Source: the human T2T-CHM13v2.0 reference genome, Homo sapiens
Reading direction: 5' to 3' (one strand)
NCBI RefSeq assembly: GCF_009914755.1
Contig: NC_060925.1
Length of the DNA stretch: 64,000 bases
Below are positions 51,320-64,000 of the stretch, one piece after another. Position 1 is the first letter of the stretch. Every line of letters starts with the position of its first letter. A program made the translations under genes and the position numbers. The notes beneath the pieces were generated by a model. That model was not told where the DNA came from and made no database searches. It was given only the letters and a program-made list of their open reading frames with translations.

Positions 51320-53080
51320 GTGCAAGGTCCCCGGGGGCCTGTTCACCCTGGCACTGCCCAGGCGCCGCGCCTCGCGCTGCAGGTGTCCACGCGCGGACCA
51401 CGGTATCTACCGCGCCCTCGTGTGAACACCCGACCGGGCCCCGTAATCACTCTGGGAAAGCGCCTTCAACAAAGCCCTCCGAAAGCAAGTGCTTTACTAA
51501 GTGCCCCTTGAGGCTACTGGCAGTGCGAGGCTGGCTGTCATTAGAACATTTTTCTGAACCCTCAAAAAGGTGAAAAAGCAGGACCGTGCTTTAGCAGGAA
51601 CACGCACACCCGCCTAAATACCCGATTTTTGAGACTGTCCGGGCGAAGGAATTCAACGCATAGGAGCGAGCAGCCATGCAGTGTGCCTGGAGAATCACCA
51701 AACCGCGACGACCACGACCCTCAAAGCCAGTGACAAGCAGCGCGAATCTAAGCCCACCTCGGCCGCAGACCCTTCCCCGTCCCGCCAGGCCGCCGCGCCC
51801 TGTCAGCCTCCTACTGCAGGACCGCGGGGCCGCCTGCTCATCTGTCAGACGGGCGCTCGGAGGGGCCGGGAGCCAGGCTGCGGTGGGGCAGGACAAAGGC
51901 GCCCACGAACCCTCCCTGCCGCCGCCGCTCCACAGCCGCGCCGCGCCGCCAACATGGAGGGAAACGTCCGCAGTTTAAAACCCCCAGCTCCATTTCCGCA
52001 GCGGGCCCGGCTCGGGCGAGCTCCAGCCTCGCCCGCCGCCGCCCCGACCACCCGACTGGGCCAGAAAAGGCGAGGAGGGGAGGAGACGAGGAGGCGAGGA
52101 GAGGAGGGGAAGGCCGCCGCGCCAGGCCCCGCGCCCAGGGTCCCCGGCCCGGCCCCTGCGCCGGCCTCGGGCTTCCTCCCCCAGCGGCCCCTCGAAGAAC
52201 GCGCCGCGGGGAGCTGGGAGCAGGGCGGGGGTGGAAGCACTCACCTGCGCCAGGTTCCGGCGGTGACACGGACGGCTCCCGGAGAATAGTCGCACAGCAA
52301 CCCGGCGGCAGATCCACGCGCGCGACGCTACCCGGCCGCGCTCTCGCGCCCCGCAGTCCCGCAAGCCGGGCGCGCGCCTCCCCGGCCCCGCCTCGCGGCG
52401 CTTCTCCCCTCCCCTCGCCTCCCCTCCCCACCGGCGAGGCCGCCCGGGGCTCCCATTGGCTCCTCGACCTTTTGAATCATCCCCGGCGCTGTCGATTGGT
52501 CGCGCGCCGTGGCGCGTCCGCCCCGCCCCACCCTGCCTGGGGGCGGGGAGGCCGGTGAGCGGGGGAAACCGAGTCTGGCGGGGCGGCCCGGAGCGCGACG
52601 TTTGCCACCGCCTTATCTCAGCCGCCCAGGCGCCCTCGCAGCACACGGAGCCCGCGCGCTCCCGCCCTTTCCCTCCCAGCGCTCGCAGCAGTGTTTGGGG
52701 TGCCAGGTGGCTTGGCGAACGAGATTTTTTTTTAAGCTACAAAGAAAACTAATACATTCTTGAAGTGATCACCAAAGATCCGAGCTCGAAAGCGTTTCTC
52801 GGTAAAACACTATGAGTGCCCTCCTTAGCGTGTTAAAATCCCACAGAAGCCCCTGGACCAAGCAGCGGCATCGAAGGCGAGCAGGGGCGCTTTTGTGTCC
52901 GCGGCCGCTGAACCTGCGTAGAAGCGAACCCGGACCGATGCTGGGACCGGCGGCGGGAGGGAGGGGGAAGAATGGCCGAGGGCTCCTACGACTTACGCTG
53001 CGAGGAGGGGCTCGGTTGTTACCCGAGATGCTGTCGAGATGCAGTAGAAAATCCCCAACACCGCGGAGCGTGGAACAAGA
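51320..53080. promoter_or_regulatory. LBR: CpG island and LBR promoter
   Basis: Very high GC and CpG density; CCAAT boxes on - at 52455-52459 and 52495-52499; GC boxes around 52518-52548; TTTGAA at 52471-52476. Confidence 0.93.
52245..52400 (-). other. LBR: LBR non-coding exon 1 (5' end approximate)
   Basis: Strong donor GCAG|gtgagt at 52245/52244 in the CpG island, downstream of CCAAT and GC boxes. Confidence 0.8.
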
Positions 53081-53110
53081 AGTTTTATGCGTTACACACC
53101 GAAACACAAC
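52997..53110 (-). other. LBR: Probable alternative upstream non-coding first exon of LBR
   Basis: Consensus donor CAGC|gtaagt (acttac at 52991-52996) at the distal edge of the CpG island; 5' end is a guess. Confidence 0.55.
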
Positions 53111-53149
53111 TTGACCTGCAACCTACAAGCCTGGTTTTAATTGAACCCC

Positions 53150-53164
53150 AAAATGCTGAGTCAT
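53150..53164 (-). promoter_or_regulatory. ARE / NF-E2-sMAF consensus site
   Basis: ATGACTCAGCATTTT on -, a full match to the consensus; function not demonstrated. Confidence 0.55.
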
Positions 53165-53933
53165 GTCATTGTTGACTCCGAATCTGTTACGGATCCTAAG
53201 CTTTTTTTTTTCTGCTAGTTTTCATTATCGGTTAGTTGATTTCCTTCCTTTGAGGTCGAGAGTTTAAAGCAGTCCATTGAAGTTCCCTATTTTGCAGTGT
53301 GGTTTTAATCAAAGTATTTCTTAACACCCTAACTAGGTATATTTAAGTGAATTGCTATTTTGGAAGCATTATTAAATTGTAATAATGAATAGAACTTTTC
53401 ATCTATAGCCTAGCTTCAGCTTTCATTTTCTCATAGAACTACAAAACACCCAGGTTTACTTCTTAAAAAAAAAAAAGTGAAAATACATCGAGTTTTCTCA
53501 GTCATTCACATGCAGTGTGAATGAGTTCATCAGAGCCTTTCCTGAGAAGTTCTGACATCAAATTGTCATTGCCATCGAATTTGCCCTTGGTGGAGATCTG
53601 TGCAACAGAAATGCACATCGCACTCCAAAGTCAGAAAATCTTTTATTTTTGACAAACCCCCAAGTCTCAATTGTCTTAACCCTTGACATAAGATAATATT
53701 AGTCCTACCTCATAGAGTTTTGCAGTAAATTACACAGAAATAAAAGCGCTTATGGGGACCTAAGACAGATCCTATCCCAAATAGCCAAGCAGTGAGTGCT
53801 ACACTATTCTTTTCTCATATGTTCTACCCAGAATCAAGATTTCACTGGATTTCCCTTGAGGTGCACATTTCCTGGATGATTTCCACTTGTGAAATAGAAG
53901 AAGATTCGTTTCAAAAAAAAAAAAAAAACACCT

Positions 53934-54284
<351 letters not shown>

Positions 54285-55198
54285 TCATCATAACAAAATG
54301 AAGCCAAAACTTTGTAAATTAACTAGAGTTAGCTTAGCTAACATTTTACCTAATAAATTACTAATGACATTTTTAAAACAAAACTGATTTGACATCAGGA
54401 AAACTAAGCAATAATTTTTGTTCATTTCTACTTCGTGGACTCAAACATACCATGAACAATCAGATCTATATGTAGGCTGCTTTCTCAACAAAGGAACTGT
54501 TTGGTATTTTTCTCTTCTTTTTTAAGTCTACTAAAGGCTGTGTAAACTTGGAAGTGGGGAATTTTCAGAAAGTTCTCAGAAAGATGCTTGTCACTCACAA
54601 CTAGCAAGTTGTGGGTTTTCAGAATCTATAAAGTAAAAGTCACTTAAAAGTCCGCATCTTGGCACCATTGTTGTTAATGAGGCCATGAGTGGCAAAGCCC
54701 CTTTCCCCATTCACATAACAAAAGCAAAGCAAAACCCTTCAGTCCTACCACTAAAGCCAACCAAAACACACATGCGGCCAGGAAGCTTTCATATATAAAA
54801 TACAGGAACCCCCAGCGGAATGCATTCCAATGTGGCAGTTATTTGGCTCTGGTCTCCAGAGGATCTCGGTTCCCAGGATTGAAACATCTCTTTCAGGAAA
54901 GACGTGTAGGTAAAGTTTCACGTGGCGTGAGATCCAGTTGGATTCTTTTGGTACTGTTACATAAGGAACAAACTTCTGTATGCTGCAAACTGCAGAAAGC
55001 CTTTATTCATAAGGTAGAGGTACCTCAAAAGCTGTCCGATAAAAACACATTTCTACTGATGATGTTTGATATGGTTTCTATTCACACAGAAATGGAGCTC
55101 ACAATTAACATGATGCATTATGTCCATCTCAATAGCAATTTAAAAATTATTTGAAACTTCTTCTACATACTATATGTATGTTTGCAGCACTTATCCTC

Positions 55199-55462
55199 TT
55201 TTTTTTTTTTTTGAGATGGTGTCTCCCTCTGTCACCCAGGCTGGAGCGCAATGACACGATCTTGGGTCACTACTGCCTGTGCCTCCTGGGTTCAAGCAAT
55301 CTTCTCACCTCAGCCCCGAGTAGCTGGGATTACAGGTGCACGCCACCATGCCCAGCTAATTTTTGTATTTTTAGAAGAGATGGGGTTTGGCCGTGTTGGC
55401 CAGGCTAGTCTCCAACTCCTGACTGCAAGTGATCTACCCACCTCGGCCTCCCAAAGTGCTGG
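55199..55462 (-). mobile_element. Alu split by LTR12C (remainder at 57025-57059)
   Basis: ccaaagtgctgg [LTR] ctgggcttacaggcatgagccac. Confidence 0.93.
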
Positions 55463-57024
55463 TGAGAGGTGACAGCGTGCTGGCAGCCCTAGCAGCCCTC
55501 GCTCACTCTCTGCACCTCCTCGGCCTCGGCGCCCACTCTGGCCGCTCTTGAGGAGCCCTTCAGCCTGCCACTGCACTGTGGGAGCCCCTCTCTGGGCTGG
55601 CCGAGGCCGGAGCGGGCTCCCTCACCTTGCGGGGAGGTGTGGAGGGACAGGCGTGGGTGGGAACCAGGGCTGAGCACTGGGCTTGCAGGCCAGTGCAAGT
55701 TCCAGGTGGGCGTGGGCTCGGCAGGCCCCGCACTCGGAGCGGCTGGCCAGTTCCGCAGGCCCCAGGCAGTGAGGGGCTTAGTACCCAGGCCAGCAGCTGC
55801 GGAGGATGCGCTGGGTCTCCCAGCAGTGCCGGCCTGGCCCACCAGCGCTGTGCTGGAATTCTCGCTGGACCTCAGCTGCCTCCCCGCAGGGAAAGGCTGG
55901 GGACCTGCAGCCTGCCATGCCTGAGCCTCCCCCACACCATGGGCTCCTGAGCGGCCTGAGCCTCCCAGATGAGCGCTGCCCCCTGCTCCACGCGCCCGGT
56001 CCCATTCCGACCGCCCAAGGGCTGAGGAGTAGTGCGGGCACAGGTCGTGGGACTGGCGGGCTCCCTGATGCAGGATCCACTAGGTGAAGCCAGCTGGGCT
56101 CCTGGGTCTAGCGGGGACTTGGAGAACCTTTATGTCTAGCTAAGGGATTGTAAATACACCAATCAGCACTCTGTGTCTAGCTCAAGGTTTGTAAATGCAC
56201 CAATCAGCACTGTGTATCTAGCTAATCTGGTGGGGACTTGGAGAAACTTTATGTCTAGCTAAGGGATTGTAAATACACCAGTCAGCACTCTGTGTCTTGC
56301 TCAGGGTTTGTGAACACACCAATCAGCCCCCTGTGTCTAGCTCAAGGTTTGTAAGTGCACCAATCAGTGCTCTGTGTCTAGCTAATCTAGCAGGGACTTG
56401 GAGAACCTTTATGTCTAGCTAAGGGATTGTAAATACACCAATCAGCACTCTGTGTCCAGCTCAAGGTTTGTAAATGCACCAATCAGCACCCTGTGTCTAG
56501 CTCAGGGTTTGTGAATGCACCAATCAGTGCTCTGTGTCTAGTTAATCTAGTGGGGACTTTGAGAACTTTTGTGTCTAGCTCAGGGATTGTAAACATACCA
56601 ATCAGCACCCTGTCAAAACAGACCAATCAGCTCTCTGTAAAATGGACCAATCAGCAGGATGTGGGTGGGGCCAGATAAGGGAATAAAAGCAGGCTGCCCA
56701 AGCCAGCAGTGGCAAGATGCTCAGGTGTCTTTCCACTTTTTGGAAACTTTGTTCTTTTGCTGTTTGCAGTAAGTCTTGCTGCTGCTCACTCTGCGTCTGC
56801 ATTGCGTTTATGAGTTGTGACACTCACTGTGAAGGTCTGCAGCTTCACTCCTGAGCCAGTGAGACCACAAACCCACCAGAAGGAAGAAAAGTCTGAACAC
56901 ATCTGAACATCCGAAGGAACAAATTCTGGACACGCCACCTTTAAGAACTGTAACACTCACCGTGAGGGTCCGCGGCTTCATTCTTGAAGTCAGTGAGACC
57001 AAGAACCCACCAATTCTGGACACA
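55463..57024 (+). mobile_element. LTR12C-type (ERV9) solo LTR, 1562 bp
   Basis: Begins tgagaggtgacagcgtgctggcag and ends caattctggacaca; 4-bp TSD ctgg; tandem U3 repeats with CCAATCAG; AGATAA at 56673 and TATA-like AATAAAA at 56682. Confidence 0.96.
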
Positions 57025-57449
57025 CTGGGCTTACAGGCATGAGCCACGATGCCCAAGCCTATTTAAACATTCTCAATATTAAACATTTATTTGTTAATAC
57101 ATAAATTAGAAGGGGAAACTATTTGAATAGATGGAGCAAGTATACTGCTTCAGTGGAGGAACTTAGAAGATGTGGGATATGTGTGCTTTAATGACTTGTT
57201 GATAGAGGGAAAACAGCAGCAGGATATGAGGTAATAATAATGATAAATAATCTTTGTTCAGTTTTTACTTCGCCCCCAGCTGTTGCTCAAAGTGCTCCCT
57301 GTGTTCTAACTGATTTACCCTCATAAAAGCTGTCCCAGGTAGGTGATCTTATAGCTGAAGAAACTGAGGAGGTATGGGGAGGTTAATACTTCCCCAGACT
57401 TATCCAAGGCAGTGTGATTCCATTGTCTCCCAAACCAACTAGCAAAGTG

Positions 57450-57922
57450 CAGGAGTTCTCAAGGTATGGTCCCTGCTCAGCAGCAGAGCTTCTCCTGGGG
57501 GCTTGTTAGAAATGCAGCTTCTGGCTGGGTGCGGTGCGTCATGCCTGTAATCCCAGCACTTTGGGAGGCCGAAGTGGGCGGATCACTTAAGGTCAGAAGT
57601 TCAAGACCAGCCTGGCCAACATGACAAAACCCCATCTCTAATAAAAATACAAAAATTAGCTGGGCATGGTGGTGCATGCCTGTAATCCCAGCTACTCAGG
57701 AGGCTGAGGCAGAAGAATCACCTAAACCCAGGAGGCGGAGGTTGCAGTGAGCCGAGATTGTGCTGCTGCACTCCAGCCTAGGCGATAGAGCAAAACTCCA
57801 TCTGAAAGAAAGGAAGAAAAAGAAAGAAAGAAATGCAGCTTCTCAGGTCCGCTCCTGAAGCTTGAAGCTTGGGGTGGGCTCAGCCATCCAGCTCTCCAGA
57901 GGATTCTGATAGAAGCAGGCTC
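57450..57922. mobile_element. MER5A-like element interrupted by an AluS (57523-57828, +)
   Basis: ttctcaaggtatggtccc...cttgttagaaatgcag; Alu TSD agaaatgcagcttct; ends gagaacctctg. Confidence 0.8.
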
Positions 57923-59040
57923 CAGTTGGAGAACCTCTGGCGAAAAGATAGGTCATGGTGACCGTAATGATTTATTTTCCTTCACGGTTTCCTATCTGAG
58001 GCTTTAAACCACTTACTTGATTTATAGAAAGGAATACTAGAAAGCTGTTCTGAAGCTTGTGCAGCACCCGAGTGTCTTCCCAAAGGACTGATGATATGTT
58101 GAGCCTTAGATTAATAAGAGTCCATACCTGCTGGCCAGGCTGAAGAGACTGGCCAAGAGGTAGGGGGGTAGGGAGAGGGGGCTGTCAGGGATGGGAGTGG
58201 CTGCCACCATACAGCCTTCTCCTCCTCTCTGGCCAGAGCATCATGAGATTAACTGCTCTGGCAAAGTGTGCTCTCTTGTTTTGGAAAACTATTTCTTTAC
58301 TGGCTGTAGAATTAATGTATTCTGAAAACTTCTAAGGAAATTTACTTTTTAAAAAATAATAATAAAGAATTAAAACTAAGGGTAAAGGACATTTAAACTG
58401 AATGAGGACACTGAGAATCAGAAAGATCACACAGTGTGTGGCAAGCTGTGCTTCAAACCAAGTTTTTCCGGACTCCAAAGCATATGTTCTCATCATAGGT
58501 TCTAGAGCAGGCACCTGCGTTAGCAAGACGGTCAGATGCATAAGCACATGCAACCTTGATTTACGTTACTTATTGCCAGCCAGAAAGAGGAACAGAATTC
58601 AGTACCAGAATTTACTAGATTATAATTCTAGTGAAACCAGGTCTATGTTGCTTTTGTTGATAGTTCTTGGCACATAATAGGTGACTATTTGTTGAATTAA
58701 TTGATTGATTTGGTGATCGATTGATTAGGTGGAGAGAAGGAGGGAGACAATTCTAAGATTGATCCAACACTCAGTACAAGGAGAAATTAGTGAAGACCAG
58801 CCTGGCTGGGGTGGAGTAACAGCTCATAATAGGAAAAAACTATGAGAATGATGTCAATATCATTCGATCTATCAAAAGATCCTCCTACCTCAACTAAAGG
58901 GCATAGAGTGACCATGGAAGTGACACTGGGCCAGGAATGCAGTGTCTGAAGCTCCAGGGCTGCCACTCAGCCCTTATCCAGCAAGTTATCCAGGTCCTGA
59001 TTTCCTCATCTGTAAAATGGGGATAAAAAGTACCCATTCT

Positions 59041-59383
<343 letters not shown>

Positions 59384-62007
59384 TTAAATGCTATATACCT
59401 GTTAGAACATATCAGGCAATCATAACCCTTAGTGTAATCATTTTATTTCAAGTTCGTTAAGTCACCATTTTTAGTCAACTATAAATAGATGAAAGAGTGT
59501 TTTCAGTAGCAGATGTGTCAATAATGTTTTAATGCGTTTGTTGTTTTTTCTCTAACCGCCTAAATCCTTTGAATCATCCTGTAGTGCACACTTCAACATA
59601 AAAGACGTAACTTCGTCTTTTCTTCCATGCTACTCTAACTGAAAAATCTAACCTGCTGGATTAATCTTAAAACTTAAAGGTCCTTGGACTGTTCAGGAAG
59701 TGATTATTATTCACATTTATTTTAATGTTTGCTAATTAATAACTGTTTTTTAAAATTCGCCTAAAATGCGTTTGGATAGGTAGAGAGTCCTGAAATATTT
59801 ATCTGCAGGAAAAAAAAATCAAACTTAGTAACATGACACAGACAAGGCCTTCAAAAACTCACCCTAATGGATTTCTGGTAGGCTCAACATCCTCTTCTCT
59901 TTCCAGCACCTGCCTTCTCTTTCCCACCCCCTCCACCCTCAGTTCTACCAAATTTCTGATGAGTCCTCAGATAAGCCTTTTCCTCTCTTGTTGCTTGGAA
60001 TGCCTCCCCCTTCTTTTGAGAGTGGCCTGTTCTTGCTCATCCCCAGCAAAACTTCCTAGGGCAGTCCCCACATACATCTGTCACTGCCTTCCCATGTTAT
60101 GGGCATCTGCACTCCTCCCAGGCAGGAAGTATATTTAATTTCTCCTTGTATCTCTCCCCATTAAGTAAATGAATGTGTTCATCATGAAACTGTGTCATAT
60201 ATGTTCTCCTAAAGGTCAGAAGGTAGTAAACGCTCTTGTTCCAGTTACTGAGCTGCCACAGGCTGGACTGAGGCAAGAAGAGATAAAGCCTCCGCTGGCA
60301 CTGACTGTTCCCACCGGCTGGAGAGGTGCGGAAGCCTATCTTCGGTGTCTCTCTTGCTGTCTGCCACAGGCTCACAGCCCCATGGTGGGGACTCTGCTGT
60401 GCTTAAATACCCTTTTCTCCACCTGGGTTGCCACCATCTCTCTTAATTCAGAATATGTAACTAAATGTTTCTTTTTAAAACCTACAGGGAACACAGGTGC
60501 ATGGCTTGTTTTGGCATGGTTGCTAAAACTGCGAGTCCCAGAGGGCAGCCTTCTTCCCCACCTCCCACCCAAAGTCTACATTCAGAGGCAGACAGGGGCT
60601 CAATTGTGGAACAGAAAGTACCATCTAGGTAACATGTAATTACCATGTTGCTTCCCTTCTGGACAAGATAAGGCTCAGCCCATCAGTGTTAATGTTTAGC
60701 ACTTCATGTCTGTTCAGCAATTGCTCCCACTCTATCAACAAAACTACACCATACCCTTTAGGAAAAGTGTGTAGCAACTACAGTTGGCATCAGAACAATG
60801 GAGAAAGAGAAGGAGAGGGAAGGGGACTCATTTCTAATGAGGCCCTGTTCTGTGTCACTTACCAGTCCTTACCTTATTTATGGCTCAAATCAACTCAACA
60901 AAATAGGCATCACCCCCTCTTTCAGGACGAGGAAACTGAGACTCAGGTCAGCAAAGTTGCAATACAGCGCACCCACCAAATTGGGGCTGGAAAAGAAATT
61001 CTAACCCAGTTCTCTGGATTCCAAAGCATATGTTCTTTCTACCCTCCAAACCCGTTAGGGTCCCCAAGCAGCCTCTTAGCTCCCTTAGCCCTTGACTTCC
61101 GGTCGCCACACACAATTCATATTACATGATCCCACTGTCAATGTCAGCTGGAGACATCCCAGGCTAATGAGAATATAGCTTGTGGGCGTTTTGTCTACAT
61201 TTCTGGAGCAAAGAACACTCATCCCTGCTCTCTCAAAGAGCACCATGCATGTGAACTTGTCCTTGTCTCTCACCCTTTGATTCTTTCTTCCATGGCTGGT
61301 CTATTTTAATTCTGATACCTATTCTGGATTCTGTAGGACTGTCTTTATGTCTTCCTTTCCAGGGACTATCTTAGAATATTCACTTGTAGGTATGATATCA
61401 AGGGCAGGATCACTGTAATCTTTGTAGTACACTTAGTACAGTACCCAATGTGATTAAATCTGTTTAAAACACATTTAAGGGGAATAAAATATAAAATATT
61501 TGAGATGAATATTTAAAACCAAATTTGCATAATTGTTTTAAATTTTTTCATTTTACTTGAGCAAGAGGTACAACATAAAACCTATTTGGAGCACAGTAGT
61601 GTATTGAATCATTTTAGTCATAACACACACCTACATAAATGACTAAAAATATCAATATTTTATCCTTTTAAACAGATGACATATAATTGCAACGTAGATT
61701 TATTTGAAAGTTGTACAGAGTTGGCTTGATAGTTATTCAACAACTGTAAGTATTAATTGGCATGAGTATTTCAGCAGAAAAAAACTATATATTCATACTA
61801 AGTTGCTGATGATATTTTGCTTGCTTACTTTAGATACAAGAGGCTAGGATCCCAGAAATTTCACTGCTGTAGCAAAGCAAGTCATGTTACTCTGAATTGA
61901 CAGTTCCCAGTCATTCTCCACGGTAAGTCATATTGCCAAACACAATGCCATTTTTAGGTCTACTTTAATCCTATTTGACTATACAGATATGGTTTTTATT
62001 TACTTAG

Positions 62008-62290
62008 TCCTATGGTTTGAATGTTTGTCTTCGCCAAAATTCATTTGAAATTTAGTTGGCATCGTAACAATGTTGAGAGGTGGGACCTTTAAGAGGTGAT
62101 CAGGCCATGAGGGCTGCACCCTCATGGGCGGCATTACTGCCATTATAAAAGGGCAGGGTCAGCCCCCTTTCATCTCTTGGCCCTTCCACCTTCTGGCCAT
62201 GGAGTGACACAGCAAGAAGGCCCTCACCAGAGGCAGGCATTTAGTGCTGTTCATTATAAATTACCTGGTCTGTGTTATTCTGTTATTCAA
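62008..62290 (+). mobile_element. MST-family MaLR LTR with an internal deletion
   Basis: ctatggtttgaatgtttgtc...gaggtgggacctttaagaggtgat; similar to 29637-30041. Confidence 0.8.
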
Positions 62291-62789
62291 AAATGTCATT
62301 TCTGCAAATATATAGTTCCTCCCTTTTTAAAAAAAAGTTCTACTTCTTTTTTCTATTTTACTTTTACTGATGTTTTGTGTATTCATCTTCCTGGTCCTAT
62401 AGAGAACTCCTATTGCTCCGTAAGTCAAGGCCAGAACTCCCATCCTGACCAGAAGGAAAGATGCCCAGTTCCCACATCTCCTTTGCTAGGCCTGCCAGAA
62501 GGGGGCTCCTCCTCCTGGCCAAGGCAGGCTAGTCAGATCCCTTTGTGTTCATTTTTAAAAAGAAGTGCCATATCCTTAAACATACTTCAGCTGTCCTTGT
62601 GCCTGCTGGATAATGTATGAGCTTCTGGAAAAAATTCTTCAGCACTGAACATGAATTTAACAGGATATCGCTCCCTTCTTAAGGTTTTCAAATCATAAAG
62701 TCAGATTAGGGATTCCCATTAATAATTAGTCCTCTTTATTACACTCAAAAGGACAACATAAATTCCTGTCAGTTACTTTGAAAATACTT

Positions 62790-63965
<1,176 letters not shown>

Positions 63966-64000
63966 CTACCAATCTTCTTTTACTAAAATAAATATTATGA

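Noticed and set aside
51591-53175. Many overlapping 100-220 aa ORFs on both strands
   Set aside because: Expected from stop-codon scarcity in a CpG island; low-complexity Arg/Gly/Pro/Ala, no recognisable domain
55489-56087. ORFs of 95-148 aa
   Set aside because: They lie in the GC-rich U3 of LTR12C
56130-56655. Repeat-spacer-like array that could suggest CRISPR
   Set aside because: These are LTR12 U3 tandem repeats; the intervening sequences repeat too, there are no cas genes, and the DNA is human
60260-60740. Scattered GATA and ETS motifs as an erythroid enhancer
   Set aside because: Spacing does not fit the TAL1-GATA composite and the density is near chance

Overview
Human (primate) genomic DNA, recognisable as the DNAH14/LBR locus (1q42.12 from memory). 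The + strand carries the last 8 coding exons of an axonemal dynein heavy chain (DNAH14, 445 aa plus stop, all splice phases consistent). The - strand carries the complete lamin B receptor gene (LBR): 13 coding exons totalling 1848 nt (615 aa plus stop), a CpG-island promoter and a probable second first exon. The two genes end tail-to-tail about 2.2 kb apart. Most other sequence is retroelement or DNA-transposon derived: about 28 Alus, a 5'-inverted (twin-primed) L1PA element, a solo LTR12C nested in an Alu, plus MST, MER, MIR, L2 and L1M relics. I see no evidence for a wholly new gene system. The best leads are regulatory: the DNAH14 stop codon doubles as a poly(A) signal; a miR-221/222 8mer abuts the LBR poly(A) signal; LBR intron 13 has a G-rich 9-bp minisatellite resembling an Ig switch region; LBR intron 10 has a near-symmetric homeodomain-site cluster; the LBR promoter has CCAAT-CHR-CCAAT and ARE elements; and LTR12C sits about 3 kb upstream of LBR. 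Repeat subfamily names come from remembered consensus sequences, and old-repeat boundaries are approximate.
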